From the NCBI RefSeq assembly GCF_036321535.1, contig NC_087436.1:62001-126000 (forward strand): a stretch of 64,000 bases of DNA. The letters run 5' to 3'. Numbering within the stretch: position 1 is the first letter of the stretch; every line of letters begins with the position of its first letter. The stretch comes from Camelus dromedarius (taxonomy: Eukaryota). The notes beneath the pieces are model-generated. The model saw only the letters and a program-made list of their open reading frames with translations, made no database searches and was not told where the DNA came from. This document shows, in pieces, positions 48,671 to 62,374 of this stretch. The position numbers and the translations under genes are program-made.

Positions 48671-50639
48671 TAATCAGCCTCCCGTTGAGTGGCTACCTGA
48701 ACTTCTGTGACTCCATAAATGGCCGATTTTAGTGATCTCAGCCTTATGAGGACTTCAAAGGAGAGACACCAGTGAGAATGTGAGACAGAGTGTCATAAAT
48801 TAAAATTGTACATTTTCACAAATGTTTAATTCTCAGGTAATTACTTAAAAAGTTAATTTTTTTAATTTAGTGGTCTGTTAGCACAAAAAACAAAACATTA
48901 AAAACAATTATAGTGCCAAAGAGAAGTGGGCTTTGAAAGTCCAACCACTGTTAATGATGTTACTTGTTTTTCTCTAGTGGCCCTTATTGACAGAAATACT
49001 TACAAAGACTGAATTGGTTTTATGTAGTCTTAATATGGAAGACAAGATTGTCAGTGAATATTATAAGTAAAATCTTTACTCTTTTCTTTCCTGATGGTGA
49101 ATATGTAAGTTGTTTTCATGGCTTAAGTACATTTCCTTATTTGTGAAATTTGAGTAATATCGTTTAACTTGTCTGACTGTGAGAGTTAGACGCCTTGTAT
49201 ACAAAGAACCCAAGAGGTGCTTAATAAAAATGTGCTGTCAGAATGACAGATATTTTAGAAGGATCAACTCTGAATACTAAAGAGTGTCGCTTATTTCTGA
49301 TGCATATTCAATATTTATAATATTTATATATATGATATATTTGAATATGGTTTAAAGTAACAAGGATTCTTTTTTTTTTTTTTTAGTGTAGTATGAAGTT
49401 TTAATGAAATCTGTATCATACTAGTGAGACAGGGACTAGTTAAATTGCCTTAATCAGACGACCTTGAATATTATTTACACAGAATATGTATTGTTACAAC
49501 TCAGAATTCATGTTGCCGTGTAACCATCCACACAGACATTTAAATTCGTGGAATTCTGACCAGATTCATTAAGTTTAGTAAAATCCACATTGATCATTTT
49601 CAGGGAATAAGCTTCTCTCTTTTGTGATTAAGCAAAATTTTGATTTTTTTTCCTGCACTCTTAACAGGTTTAAAATATCAAAACATTGATTTAACAAGTC
49701 ACTTTTTTAATAGAATAAAGCTCATGCTGTTTTATTATGTAAATAAATGTTTTTGTATTTCATCAATCTTGTATGATATCCTGGCTCTTTGAGAATTATT
49801 TTGCAAGATACTTAGATAACCTACTGTTGGAAAAATACAAACGTGACTTTTATGAATATAGGCCTAGTACAGATCTGTTGGTTTATGCTACAGTGCAAGA
49901 CATGAGGCCTGGGAGAGCTTTGCTGCCGATTGCAGGACAGAACCCATGTCTCAGTTTCCCCTCCTGTAAAATGAAGTGGCTGGACTGGATTCTTTCCTCT
50001 TCTAAGATGAGTTTCCATGAACCTATGTCTTTTGTTTATATTCAGGAGTATTAGCAATATCAGATTAAATACTGAATACCCTTCCCTTCCCCCGAAGCAA
50101 AGTGCAGTATGTGCTACATAAGCTTTTAGTTATCTGATTCTCTTTTCTGATCCTACAGGCAATTTTTGTGTTGCATCTTTCCCGGCAACCTGGAAGGTCA
50201 TTTTAGCCATAGGTGGCGCTGTTGCAACTTCTAACAGTCTTAATATTCCTTTTGCAAAAGAAGGCTTAACAAATGTTATTTTGTTTTGATTCCGTTGCTT
50301 AGTGCTTCAGAATAGCACAATGTCCATTATGTCTGTCTACCTGGAAAAATTATTCTGCTTATGTCTTAGACTTATTCTGTCATCTCGCTGTGAACATTTC
50401 AGACTTGCTGTGCAAACAATGGCAAAATCGGTCTTTTCTTCCAGTGTTAGAAGTCAGTGAGCCGGGATTTTATAAAACAGCTTGAAGCGGCCTCTGGAGC
50501 ACCTTAAAGCTGAAAAGTGTATTGAGTTCCCTGAGTATTGACTCCGCCGCTGTGTGTTAATTGGTGGTAGGAGGTTTGGTACATATATGAAGGGGTGTAG
50601 ATTTTTGAGTTGGGTTTGCGTGCACGTGCTGCCACTGAG

Positions 50640-50790
50640 CCACGTGAGCCTGAGTCAGTTTGCTCTGAGTTTTTCCCTTGTCTGTGAGATGGGGACATTC
50701 ATATCTGCTTTGTAGAATTGTGAGAATTAGAAATTATGTAAAGTGTTTACCACAGTGGGTATGTCAAGAGGGCTCATAAACTTTAGCTGC
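50640..50790 (+). mobile_element. MIR relic
   Basis: ctctgagtttttcccttgtctgtgagatggggaca ... ttgtgagaattag ... atgtaaagtgttta. Confidence 0.65.
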
Positions 50791-51609
50791 TTTTTTGTGT
50801 GAAGCCATCATTTGAGAGTCTTTGGCAATTACTAAGAAACAGGAAAATAAGAAAAGCTGGTTTTATGCTGAAAGATATTTGAGGAGGTTCCTTAGTTCCT
50901 ATACCCATAATTAAGCATCAGCAGAGTCAGAACTGTTACACAGTCGCCCTGAACCAACGTTAAGCCACAGAATTCTTTGTTACTTCATATATTTTGGGGC
51001 TTAAAGGGATCCAATACTTATACACATGTTGTCTCCAGCAGCCAACTGAGAGATGACACAAAAGAGTAGGCAGGCGATAAATGTCTTATTTGTTACTGAT
51101 GAAGCCACGTTCTCCATGAACTTCAGGGCTGTGGGAAAATGCGTGTCATGATACTGTGTCCCAGAATTAGAGACTCACCCTGTCCCATGTAGCTCTGTGA
51201 CATAGCGAGCCTTCCCTTGAGAGGACCTGCCCGTTCATGCACAAAGCTGTCCTGTCATGAAGCCGAGCATCCCAAGTGCTTCCCAATGGTGATCAACACT
51301 GGAGGGAAAGGAAGGGTTTCAAATGCCCTGCTTGTCTCCCCGGACTCACACCTCACTCTGTTAGTGTGACGAGGGCTAGCTGTTGGCCAGGGGCCAGGGG
51401 TGTGAATGGAGAAGCACTCTCCATGGCCCAGAGGAGTGGTTAGGAGGCATTCCCTCCCTCGGTTTAAACAGGTGGTGGGATGGAAGAGAAGGGTCCTCCC
51501 CAAGAGTTTATAAAAGGAGTAATAAGGATTTTCTTTGGGACTTATACTAGCCAGGAAACACATAAGATGATTAGAAGGGAGACTTGTAAATCACTTTGAT
51601 ATTAAGTTG

Positions 51610-51830
51610 ACATTTGTTGAACACCCAAAATGTGCTACATTCTTTTCTGAGAGTTTTACAGAAATGAATCCTTCAATCTTCTCAACAAGCGAGTAAGGAA
51701 GGTTTGATTGTTATCCCAGTTTTACAGTGTGGAAATTGAGGCACACAGAGGGTAAGTTGGCCAAAATCACAGAAATAGTAAGTGGCAGAGCTGGTATCTA
51801 AACCCTGGCTTACTGGTTTGAGGCTCCCAG
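51610..51830 (-). mobile_element. MIR relic
   Basis: ttatcccagttttacagtgtggaaattgaggcacacagagggtaagt ... gtaagtggcagagctgg. Confidence 0.8.
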
Positions 51831-53212
51831 AGATGGGCTTTGGGTGTTTAGTGTTATCTGCATCCCTGAATCTTTGTACCTCTGTGCATATTTTAGCCCA
51901 GAAAGGACAGGGAAAAGAGAGTTACACAGATGCTCATAGTCATGTATTGGCCACTGTCCACAGAGAGTGAATCGTGATTGGCGTTATTTGTTTTCCAGGC
52001 AGTAGATCAGTTCTTATAACAGAAATTTAGTCCATTGAGTTAATCTAGAAACCCTTCCTGCTCTGTTTCTGTCCATGCTTGCCATGTGACTGCCTCCCCG
52101 TGATTAGGCCATTGAGAAAATGTACTCATGGTTGAACTCTGATATTTCAGTCTGGTTCATAGTTTCACGTCTTCTGTTACATTAATAAGTTAAGTTTCTG
52201 GTTTTCTTTCATCAGTGTGTCATGAGTTTGGTTAATGTGAAACAAGTCCATGGGAGCCCAGGGGTGATGACGGTATAATTTCTGAGCACGTTGTGGCAAT
52301 TCTACCCTTGCAGACCTGGCGGGAGTATGTCCGCCTTCCTCACTGATTTCCCCCAACAGCAGGGTCCTCTCCCACCCCCGCATGTGAGGCTGGGAGCTCT
52401 CTGAGTAGGCCAGTCAGAGGCCAAGTCCACCAATCAGAAAATGATGAAGTATCTGGAAGTGGTTTTAATAGAAGAAAAGGGTTTCCAGATAGTACAATGG
52501 GCTGTTCGAGTCCGTTTGGTGAAAAGCTGTCCAGTGTCTGTGGTTGAGGTGCTTCTTTGCTGTTGAAAAGCCTGGATTAGATGAAGGGATTTTAAAAAGC
52601 AGAAAGGAGTGATTTCAGGTGGTACGTCCACACCGGTGAGAAGTGATGGATGACCACCTGTGTGAGGCATAGACAGGGTCTTACAAACTTCTTAAAATAA
52701 CTTTAAAAGCTCTTCCATCTGAGTGCATTTCATATGGGGTCCAGTTCTTCACTGGTCACCCTGAGAGGGCAAATAATTGATGATGGCAGAAAGGACACGG
52801 AGGCATCAAAAAGGTCTCAGTCATTTTCCCTTTTTAAAGGATGTGGCAAAGTGTAATATATTTGAGCTGGTTTTTCACTGAACAATTTTTAGTGTTTTCT
52901 GGGACTCCCCAATGCCCCAAGGTTCCATGCAGCTGGGTGTCCCCTCAGAGCATGTCTGTCAGAGCTTGCCCTGGGTTGACGTGGTGTCACGGGGAGCAGG
53001 ACGGTCAGAGTCCCCGGATCTTCCGAGCTCCGTCTCCTCATCCTCAGTGCCGGGTTTCTCATCCGTGTCTACTTAGGGTTGTTGAGAATCACACGTGATG
53101 GTTCAGGTGTGATTTGTGATAGTCTCTGTGATTGGCATATAGTCAATATTTGAAAGAAACACTTTTTTTTTAGTATAATTGTAGCATATAGATTGCAGTG
53201 CTTTTTAGTCTG

Positions 53213-53349
53213 CTTTTTTTTATATAAGTTTATTCTTATTTTTAAATATGCACTTATTTTTATTTATTTTTTTGGAGGTACTGGGGACTGAATCCAGGAC
53301 ATTGTTCATGCTAAGCAGGTGCTCTACAACTGAGTAATACACACCCTCC
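53213..53349 (-). mobile_element. Vic-1-type camelid SINE
   Basis: ggaggtactggggactgaatccaggac ... catgctaagcaggtgctctacaactgag; imperfect TSD around gtctgc. Confidence 0.85.
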
Positions 53350-54210
53350 TTGTCTGCACTTGAAAATAAATATTTCAATGCACAAAATAGCTCTTAAACA
53401 CCATCATGGGACCTAGTCACTGTATAGAGAGTTGAACACGTATGCTTTTTCAATAAGAATAAATGTTGTTGAGACATACATTTCTGAATCTGTTAATGTG
53501 CTTAAAAACGATCATAGGTAGTGATAAACACGAATCTTTGATCCAGTACTTCTTAGGGTCTGTTTTGCCATCAAGTGAAATTACATTCTACAGAGAAAGC
53601 TAATTGGATCTCTTTGATATTTGGATGGTTTAGCAGATGATCAAGGCTTTCAAAAGCTGACAGATTTGTATTTTAAACTAACTACAAAGTTATCTTCTAG
53701 AAGTTGGAATTCCTAAACTTGTGAAGTGCCCAGTAATCCAGGGGGTATGTGTCTGTGTCTGTGTGAACGTTTGTGTGTGTGATTTCAGGAATCTAGAAAT
53801 AAGTTTCATATGGACTTCTGATACCTTTCTCCTACAGTTCAAGGTATAGGCATATATTTACACAAATAAATTGATATTCTTTTGTCATTTTGCATATTGG
53901 TGGGAATAAGAGTTTCTCATACTTGTTTCAGAAGGGTTGGGGAGCATGAGCTCAGAAAACGGGAGGAGAAAGAGGCAGGGAGGCACTTCACACTTTGTGC
54001 AGGATATGAGAAACAGTAGCTTTTTTTTCTCTTTTCTTCTAAAGCAAACTGGCACTGAATTGTAACCGACTATTACCCAGAATTGCTTTTCTGATCAGAT
54101 ACAAGTGCCTCAGATTTTTCAAGGCAACATGAATGATGAAATGTGTTTTAGCAGTTATCATTAAAAGTAGTTTTATTTTTCAAGTAAAAGGCTATAGCCT
54201 GTTCTTCCAG

Positions 54211-54237
54211 CGGTACATGAAGTCCTCATTGTTCTAT
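54211..54237 (+). pseudogene. TRAPPC9: TRAPPC9 pseudo-micro-exon 5 (27 nt)
   Basis: Exactly 27 nt between gttcttccag and gtacat. Encodes VHEVLIVL versus recalled AQEVLIDP, and lies between exons 3 and 6. Confidence 0.8.
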
Positions 54238-56869
54238 GTACATGATCTATGTGCTTAGTTTCTTTGTTTTTTTTTTTTTTTTAAGTGCTTGTTTCATTGT
54301 GGTGTGAATGAATGTTTAAAATTTCTGGATTTTGATCTTTAGAACATGCTGATTTATCAGAGCTGTTAAAAACCTGATTGTTCTTTGGTCCTTGTTTGTT
54401 GGGGCACCCTATTGATTTCTGTTGTCTGTTAAAGCAGGAAATGCTTCCTCTAGCCTGCAGATCATAAAGTGAATGGTTTGCAGTGTGCCTTTAAAATTAT
54501 TTGAATACATTGAGCATGTTTGTCCATTGAATACTGAATTAACTCATTCTGTTGACTTTGCTTTCGTTCTGTGGCTTTTGCACCTCTCCACAAGAATTTG
54601 AATTCTCTGTTGCATTTTGTATACGTGTTCTTAACAGGGGAAGAAATTTTGCATTTTTTACAGAGGTGGCTTTTCCTATCCCCTCTGAATGCCTTCTATA
54701 ATTGATACAATAGTAACCTGTTATTGCAGTGCATAATTCTTTCATAAACTATTTTTTGGCATATTCAGAAACAATGACAAAGAATGATAATAAAAAATAT
54801 GAAAACCTTCCTTCCTTTGAAGAATAGAAATCAGGTGGTCAGGCTCACGCATGCTTTGTGCCTGACACACTTACTCTCATGTCATTGTGTATCATGATTC
54901 GGAGATGGAGTTGCTCCAGGTTTATAGATTTTTGTTTTAACATTTGTGTTGAATTCTTTCTCCAGGCTGATGTTTCCTGTTGGTTTTGTGGAAAGAGTAG
55001 AAGGGAAACAAATCCTTTGTTTTGTTTTCAGGAGGCCTGAGTTGATGAGAAAAGTGTTGAGGGTGGGCTGAGGAAAAGAGTGACACTCCCTCTCCTCCCG
55101 GCTGAAATTGATAAACAAAGAAATCAATTAAGTGTATCGGTATTTGACCAATAGAAGTTAGAGAGCCCAAAATGGCTAGATATTCCCAATGGAAATTACT
55201 GAATTCACCTGCAGAATTATCTGCTTTACCAAGTAGAAGCAACTTAGAGCAATCAGAAAAATCAGTAATATGATGAGATATAAAAGGAATATTATACCTT
55301 TTATTTCTGAAACTTTTCTACGGTAAGTTGTGTAGAGCTAAAATTAAGTTTCAAGCACCAGGAGTTAAGAGTGTGGGTAGTTCTGTAGGATCGTTATTCA
55401 CGGATGTACCTAGACCCTGCTAGAGTGGCTGAAGATGGCAGGAAAAGACCCAGAGGCAGGATTTGTCATCTTAGGGTGTCCTCCATAATGGTTCCATGTG
55501 GGAGCCCATGATTGGTTTAACAAATTGTAACACACTCCAGCCGCCTGTGAACTTTAAGAAGAAAAATATATGCTTAAAAACTGCTTTACAAGCAAGTGCC
55601 TGTACATCCTCACTCCAGTCTCCTTGCATTAAAAAGCAGAGACAATGCTTTGCTTGCATAGTTGAGGTTTTAGATAGCACTCTGCTGGTTGCAAAGCAAG
55701 GACCGAGGCCCTCAGGTATAAACGCTGAGCTTGTGTGCTGTTAGATAGTCTATGATCCACAGAACAAGGACCTGGCTGGTCTGGTGGTCTGCTTTGTAAT
55801 TCACATGTCTAAAAATGTATCTTGTTCCCCTCACTCCATTACTTCCCTAAAGATACACTAATCCTTTGTACTCATTGTGTATTCTACAATCTCTGCTTCA
55901 TACTGTCTTTCCCGAAGTTCCTATTACTATCACACAATTGTTAATGAATTTTTCCTTTGATTATACACAATAAATAAGGGTGCAATTGAGAGGCTTGTGG
56001 AGTTGGCTCCCTACTCCCTCTCGATTTATTGACTTTTTCCACAGAGACTTGAATAATCATTCCATGTCGGTAAGACTTCTGCCAGCCAACCCACAGTTCC
56101 AGGTGAGAAGGATGCAGGTTTACCACTCCTACCCGATGGAGAGAGAGGAGAGAATTGAGATATGCTCCCCCATGGTCGCTTCCTGTCCCACGGCCACTGC
56201 AGTTCACCTGCAGCCTTCTGGCCTCTGCTCTCAGGGCCTCTGTCCCAGGACTGACTGCAGCCTTTTCTTCCCTTGTCAACATTTCCTGTGCCTTTCAGAA
56301 GTTGGTCTCTTCTCTGCAATTCAACCCTGGCAGATGTGATGGTGGTCAGCGTGCTGGTGGGCAGTCCTTTGGGGACTCCCAGGAGACATGCTGATTCTCC
56401 TGAGTCTCTCAATCGGGGTTACAGAACAGTCGAGCACCGAAGGAAGCCCATTCACGTGAGGTCAACAGAGCATTTTATCACTTTCATTTTATTTTTAAAT
56501 TTTCAGTGGAGAAATTATTTGTAGCAAACTGTTCCAGATATTCGGCCGCCTGCTTTCCTCACCACCATTTCCTTGTTGGCTCTGGTGCTTGTTTTAAGAA
56601 CCAGGTTTCTTCTCTGGTCATTTGTAGCAGCTGGGCTTGCTGAATCCTTGATCTGCATTTGAAGAAGAATGCTTCTTCCTGATGTGAAACTGATTTTCCT
56701 ATTTCTGAATATTTCGTGTACACTCAGCAACTGTTTCAAGTGAAATGCTCTTGTCCAATTTTGGTTAACTCACATTTGCTGATCTCCTACTTTCATGCTG
56801 AGGGCAGTTTCTTCTTCCTCTAATAAAAGTTAGCAATTTGCATTTACTAGGGAAGGTACTGGCCCGAGT

Positions 56870-57910
56870 TGCTTTTTTTCTTACCAGTTTTAATACAATT
56901 CACCCATTTAAATATACAGTCGTTTTTACTCTATGCCCAGAATTGTGCATCCCATTTAATCTTAGAATATTTTCATTCCCCCAACAGGAAGCCCCGTATG
57001 CATAAGCAGTCATTCCCATCTTCCCCATCCTCCCCCAGCCCCAAGGAGCCACTCTTCTCTCTCTGTGGATTTGCCTGTGCTGGACATTTCATTTAAATCG
57101 AGTCACTTCATGTAGGTGGAACCGTCTATTGTGACTGACTTATTTAACACTGAGTAACGTTATCAAAGTTTGTCCACGTTGTGGCCTGGGTCAGTACTCT
57201 ATGCTTTGCTATTGCTGACTAATATTCCACTGTATGGCTGGGCCCCACTGTTTACCCATTCATCAGGTGATAGGCAATTGGGTTGTTTCTGCTTTTTGGC
57301 TGTGATGAGTAGTGTCGCCATGAATATTCCTGTAGGAGTTTTTATGTGGACATTTGTTTTCAGTTCTCTTACGTTTGTGCCCAGACAGCAGAATTGCTGG
57401 GTCATTCAGAAACCAAATGTTCAACTCTCTGAGGACCTGCCAGGCTGTTTTCCAAAGTGGCCACGCTGTGTTACGTCCTCACCAGCAAGGGCTGCGCGCT
57501 CCGCTTCCTCTGTGTCCTTATTAGTGCTTGTTACTCTTTTTTTTATTATAACCTATTGTTGTGAGTGTGAAGCGGTTTCTCCTAGTGGGTTTGACTTGAT
57601 TTCCCTTACAGCTAATGATATTGAACATCGTTTCATTGTGCTTATTGGCCATTTGTATATTTTCCTTGAAAAATACCATTTCAGATCCTTTATTCACCTT
57701 TTAATTGAGTTGCCTTTTTATTGTTGATTTGTAGGAGGTACTTTATTTTTTATAGATACAAATTCCTTATCAGATAAATGATTTGAAAAAAATTTCTTCT
57801 GTGTGTTGTTTTTTCACTTTCTGGATGGTGCCCTTTGAAGCAAAGTTTTAAATTTTGATGAACTCCAATTTATCTCTGTTTTCTTTGTTCCTTGTGCTTT
57901 TGGGGTATTA
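56870..57910 (-). mobile_element. Old L1 (L1MB-like) 3' fragment, paralogue of 2620-3740
   Basis: Same element at the same position in copy B. Confidence 0.8.
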
Positions 57911-60900
57911 TTTAAAATCTGAGGTATTTTATTTAAAATTTTATATATAAAATAACTTAATTCGTAGGACCGTTCTAGGAGATGGGTGCGGTTGTTGTCC
58001 CCAGTGTATGGATAGAAGACTGAGATGCAGAAAATTTCTCTGAAATATCAGTTTCACAGCTACCCAGTGCTGTGGGAGTTCAGGCACTCATGTTCGTCCC
58101 AAACATCTGTGATCCTCACCACCATGCTCCACTACTGCCTGGAATCGTTAATGAAAACGTCTTTCCTTTTTTGATTCCTTGTTTGTTTTCTCGGGGACCT
58201 CATCTCCTCATTTTCCTTTCGGATATCAGTATAGATTTATTTTAGGTCTCATGTAGGCAGAAGCATTTCTATCAGTTAACTTCTTTATTACTCACTCTCC
58301 AGTGATGATTGTTGCTAGTTGACCTAATCAAGTCATGCTTAAGTCTTTCCTTCTCATGACACTAAAAACAGTCATGACTTACAGAATGCTAAAAGCAGAA
58401 AGTACTTGATTGATTTTATTTTGCTACCCAATCAAACCAATCAAATAAAAACCCGCTGTTGACACAGATTATAAGCCCTCCAGGTTAGGGTCACTGTCTT
58501 CCTTGTGTTTCATTTATTTGGTCACAGTGTCTGGATAGTGCCTTGCTGTTCAGCAGTTTTGTTAGGAAATGGTGCTCGTGAATCATTGTAAGGACAGAAT
58601 TTTGACAACAGACTGTGTTGTTCATTTCACAAGGGAAAAGATAATATAGAAATACTGCTCAGATCTATTTGAAAATTAAGCTTGGAATTTTGAGAACAAT
58701 TCAAGAAACCATACAAAGATTTTTCACTAATTTTAGATCTATCTTAAACACATTATGGTTACATAGCAGAGTAACTTATCAAGTAGATTTGTCAAGAGGA
58801 GTGTATTATTGATTATTTGTTTTAGTTGAAATATTCTACCTGGGATAAAATATTCAGTGCCCATAAATGAACAAATATGTTTGTATTTCTATGCAACATG
58901 GGAGCAGACTACATATGTTTCAATATAATATATATGACTGTGTGTTTTAATCTGTCTGTCAGTGTTTTTATAGTTTTTCAGCAATGTTGTAACATTAGAA
59001 TTCTAAGAAATTCACTCCCGATACTACTGCAGTTTGTACTGTGTATCCTGTCTTATGTATGGGATTCCACTGTCCCCTAAGTGAGGAATTTCCTCTCCTA
59101 TTGAGTTAGAAGCAGATTTAAAGGAACTGTGATTTCTAGGCCTTTGCTCTCCATGTGTTTGCACTTGGGTGTCAATCACAATTTTCCCTTTCTTGAGTTT
59201 TCATTGTTCAATTAGAATTTTTGAAAATAACTATTAATATGTTTCACTAGTCTCCCTAGAAACTTGATGTTTTTGTGCTTTTCAGTTTTCAATTTATGAA
59301 AATTATAAATGCACACTTGTTTTTAAGTAGTCCTTTTTCACTAGATATTTGTTTACCTCTTTATAGTTAAAATAATTTTTTTCCTAATGAATGAATCACT
59401 GTGCATGTTTTACAAGATATCTTACTTTTTATTTTTCTTATTCTAACAGGTATATTCATTGTACAGAATTTTGAAAATAAGGATAAACCCAGTAATAACT
59501 TAAAAATGGCCTCTAATCTCACCTGGAGATACAGTTGTAAGGTTTGAAATTGAGAATTACAAGTCCTCTCATGTTTTTCTTCTTTTTCAAGTACGTTTTG
59601 GTTACTGAGTCCCTCAAATTCCCATATGAATAGTAGCAGCAGCTAGTCAGTTACTGCAGAGGAGCCCGCTGGGATTGTGATCGAGACCACGTTGAGTATA
59701 CAGATCGCTCTGGGGAGCACTGCCATCCCAAGAGCTCTGTCATCTGATCCAGGAATGTGCGTGGTGTGTCTGTCCAGGTATTTAGGTCTTCTTTAATTTT
59801 TTTCAACCATGCGTAGAGTTTACATAGTATTATTTTACCTTATTTTTTTGCCTTTATACTGAGTACAATTGTGCAAGGTACTAGGATCAGAATTGTATTA
59901 TAGCCCCGCCACTTGCTGCCACCATGGACGCTGCACTCTTGCTTTGCCCTGTGTAAAATCTTGCACAAAATAGGACCTAAGTAACTCTCTCTTGAATGAA
60001 TGATTATATGATTGCTGGATGATGCTGGAGAGTCCTTGTGATGATGTCTTTTTCCCAGACTTTCCCCTCTTCTTAACTATACCTTTTCTCTTCCTTTCCT
60101 CCAACCTGGGTTTCAGCCTGCCTGTGGCATTGATTTTCCCTGAGTGTGGACTCTTCCTTTCACTAGTTCACGATAATGTTTCATGCGGGCTATGAAAACT
60201 TGCTAGATGTCAAGAAATAGCAAATTCACTGCATGCTAGTATTTTTAGTCTGTGGTATTATATTATCCATTGAAATTAAATCAGGCTGACCCCCTGAGCC
60301 CTCCCCTGATCTCTTTTCTCCTTCCTACGGGTGATACTTCTCTGGTTGCTGTCTGTGCCCTTCCCCCAGACTTGGTTTTGGAGTTGAGTAAGTCACCATC
60401 AGTGGAGCTCTCTCTTTAAAGATGAAGAGAACATTTGCTCCTTCTTCCTGGTTGGGGACTGGATGAGATGTGGTAACAGATAAAGAATGGAGCCCCATCT
60501 CATTCTGACCCTCGCTCTTTCCGTTCCTTTCTCCAGGGGAAAAGAGTACAATTCAAAAATATAAAGATTGTGAGCTAATGAGATAGACAAGACAACCGAA
60601 CATTTGTTAAATATCCTTTCATGCCGGACACAAATGTATTATACACACAAAAAGCACACAAATCACGGTAGTACTGCGGTTACAAACGTGGGTCCGAGTT
60701 CGAGTCCTGCTCTGGAGTGACCAGTCCTGTGAGATGGAGAACTGGTAGGTCGGCTTAGCCTCTCCTGGACTTGTTTTCTGTCCTGCAGAGATGGGGCTCG
60801 CTAGGCGTCCCTCTCCCGTAGAGGTGCTGTGGGGTGTAAATGGCGCGCGTCGGCAGCCCGAGCACAGCTGCTCATTCCTCGTAAGGGCAGGATAGCATCG

Positions 60901-62253
60901 CTTTTGCGGTGACAGCTTTATGACCGTCCCGTGTAGACTCTTAGTGCTCCGAAGGGATGCCTTGTGGTTTGGAGATGGGATTCTCACTTCTGTAAATACC
61001 CAAGGATTGTGTTATTGGGCCGTGCTGATTTGAATCTATTCTTTAGAAAGTACATATTGTAGATATATTTTTCAAGCATGCATGCTTTTTTCTTTTATTA
61101 TTTATAGTTCTACCCTCTCATCTCTTGGTGTGACTTTTCATGGAATCCAGGAAACAGTCCTAAGCCACCTGCCTCTTCACACTTCTCCGTGGTGGTTTTC
61201 TTCCCTGACTAGAAGAGGGTTCTGCATAGGAAATTTTCTTTGTTCCCCTTTCCTTGGAGTCACTCTGTCTCCCCAACTCTCACCTGTACATCTGTCCATT
61301 TCTCTACCCACTGATTCTTCTGACTTGTTCCAAAAAGCATTTCAGGCAGCTTACAGAAGAACAGATACCAAATAAACAGGTGAGAAAATGGGGCCAAGTT
61401 CAGACAGTGAGGCTAGGAGGTGAGCCTGTGTGAGAGTTGCAGGCGTGAGACACACGCCTCAGCCCTGTGACTTATAAGATCGACAGCAACAGTGTGCCTG
61501 AGGCTCCCAGCAGACACAGGGAAACAGGGTTTGTGGGAGATGCTCACTGGCTGTGAAATAAATAAGTGGCTTAGGAGATGCCCAGCCTTTCCAGCTACTA
61601 AGGCTTAGGAGAATATTTTGAGTTTCTTCCAAAATCAGAGTATTGCATCTTTTCTTTTTTCAGAGTTCTATGTATAGTTGGTTACATTCTATACCTGGAA
61701 ATTTCTCCAAAACTGCTTCCCACTTGAGTCCCATGGCTCGGGAATGGGGTGGTTCTGCTCATTGACGGGTGTAGGCCAGAAACAGAAAATGACAGCCTCA
61801 AAGGAGCCTGGGATTTCTCAGATATGTTTTGTCAGTGCTGTAGATTTCAGAAAACTCTTTCACCGTTTCTCTCCATCTGAGGTGGCAGCGTGCTCTCTTA
61901 GCAGCATCAGGAGCTCAGGGCCAAGGGATGGTGGGGGCTGACTGCACTGCTATCAAGACAGCTGTGCCAGTCACTGCAGGCGTGGTGATTTTACATAGTG
62001 CATTTCATGTTCTTTAATAGGTTTCAACAGGTAGTTAATTAGCTGAGTTAATTAACATTTAAGAAATATGATGTTTTGTTGAAAAGACAGTTATAGGCAG
62101 AATATAAGTTGTGAACACTTGAAAAACGGTTTCATTACTGAAATTTTAGTAGGGAAGATTTAGTTTATCTTATTTACACCTCTCTTCAAAAGTAACAAAG
62201 AAACAAGACAGAAAAAGCAGAGGATGATTTCTGTTCTTCCTCTCGGCTTGCAG

Positions 62254-62374
62254 GTGCCCTCACCTCCAGTGGCATCCATCCAGACACCAGCACTGACACT
62301 GGCCGTGCTCAGAACTGCCTCAGCCCTGAAGACACAACTGACAAATAGAAGGGGGCTACGCCCTATGACAGCAG
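62254..62374 (+). pseudogene. TRAPPC9: TRAPPC9 pseudo-exon 6, downstream unit
   Basis: Reads [42 protein letters not shown] at 62346-62348; acceptor intact; donor GT changed to AT at 62375. Confidence 0.93.

Larger units (their letters stand above)
32515..62374 (+). pseudogene. TRAPPC9: Unprocessed truncated TRAPPC9 pseudogene, downstream unit (continues past window end)
   Basis: Promoter region, then exons 2, 3, 5 and 6 in the correct order and strand, separated by multi-kb introns. Stops or frameshifts in every larger exon. Confidence 0.93.

Noticed and set aside
57170..57727. Longest ORF in the window (185 aa)
   Set aside because: Antisense reading of an old L1 fragment, and interrupted in copy A.
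37209..62374. Functional TRAPPC9 gene or processed retrocopy
   Set aside because: Stops, frameshifts, lost splice sites and missing exons exclude the functional gene. Introns and the promoter exclude a retrocopy.
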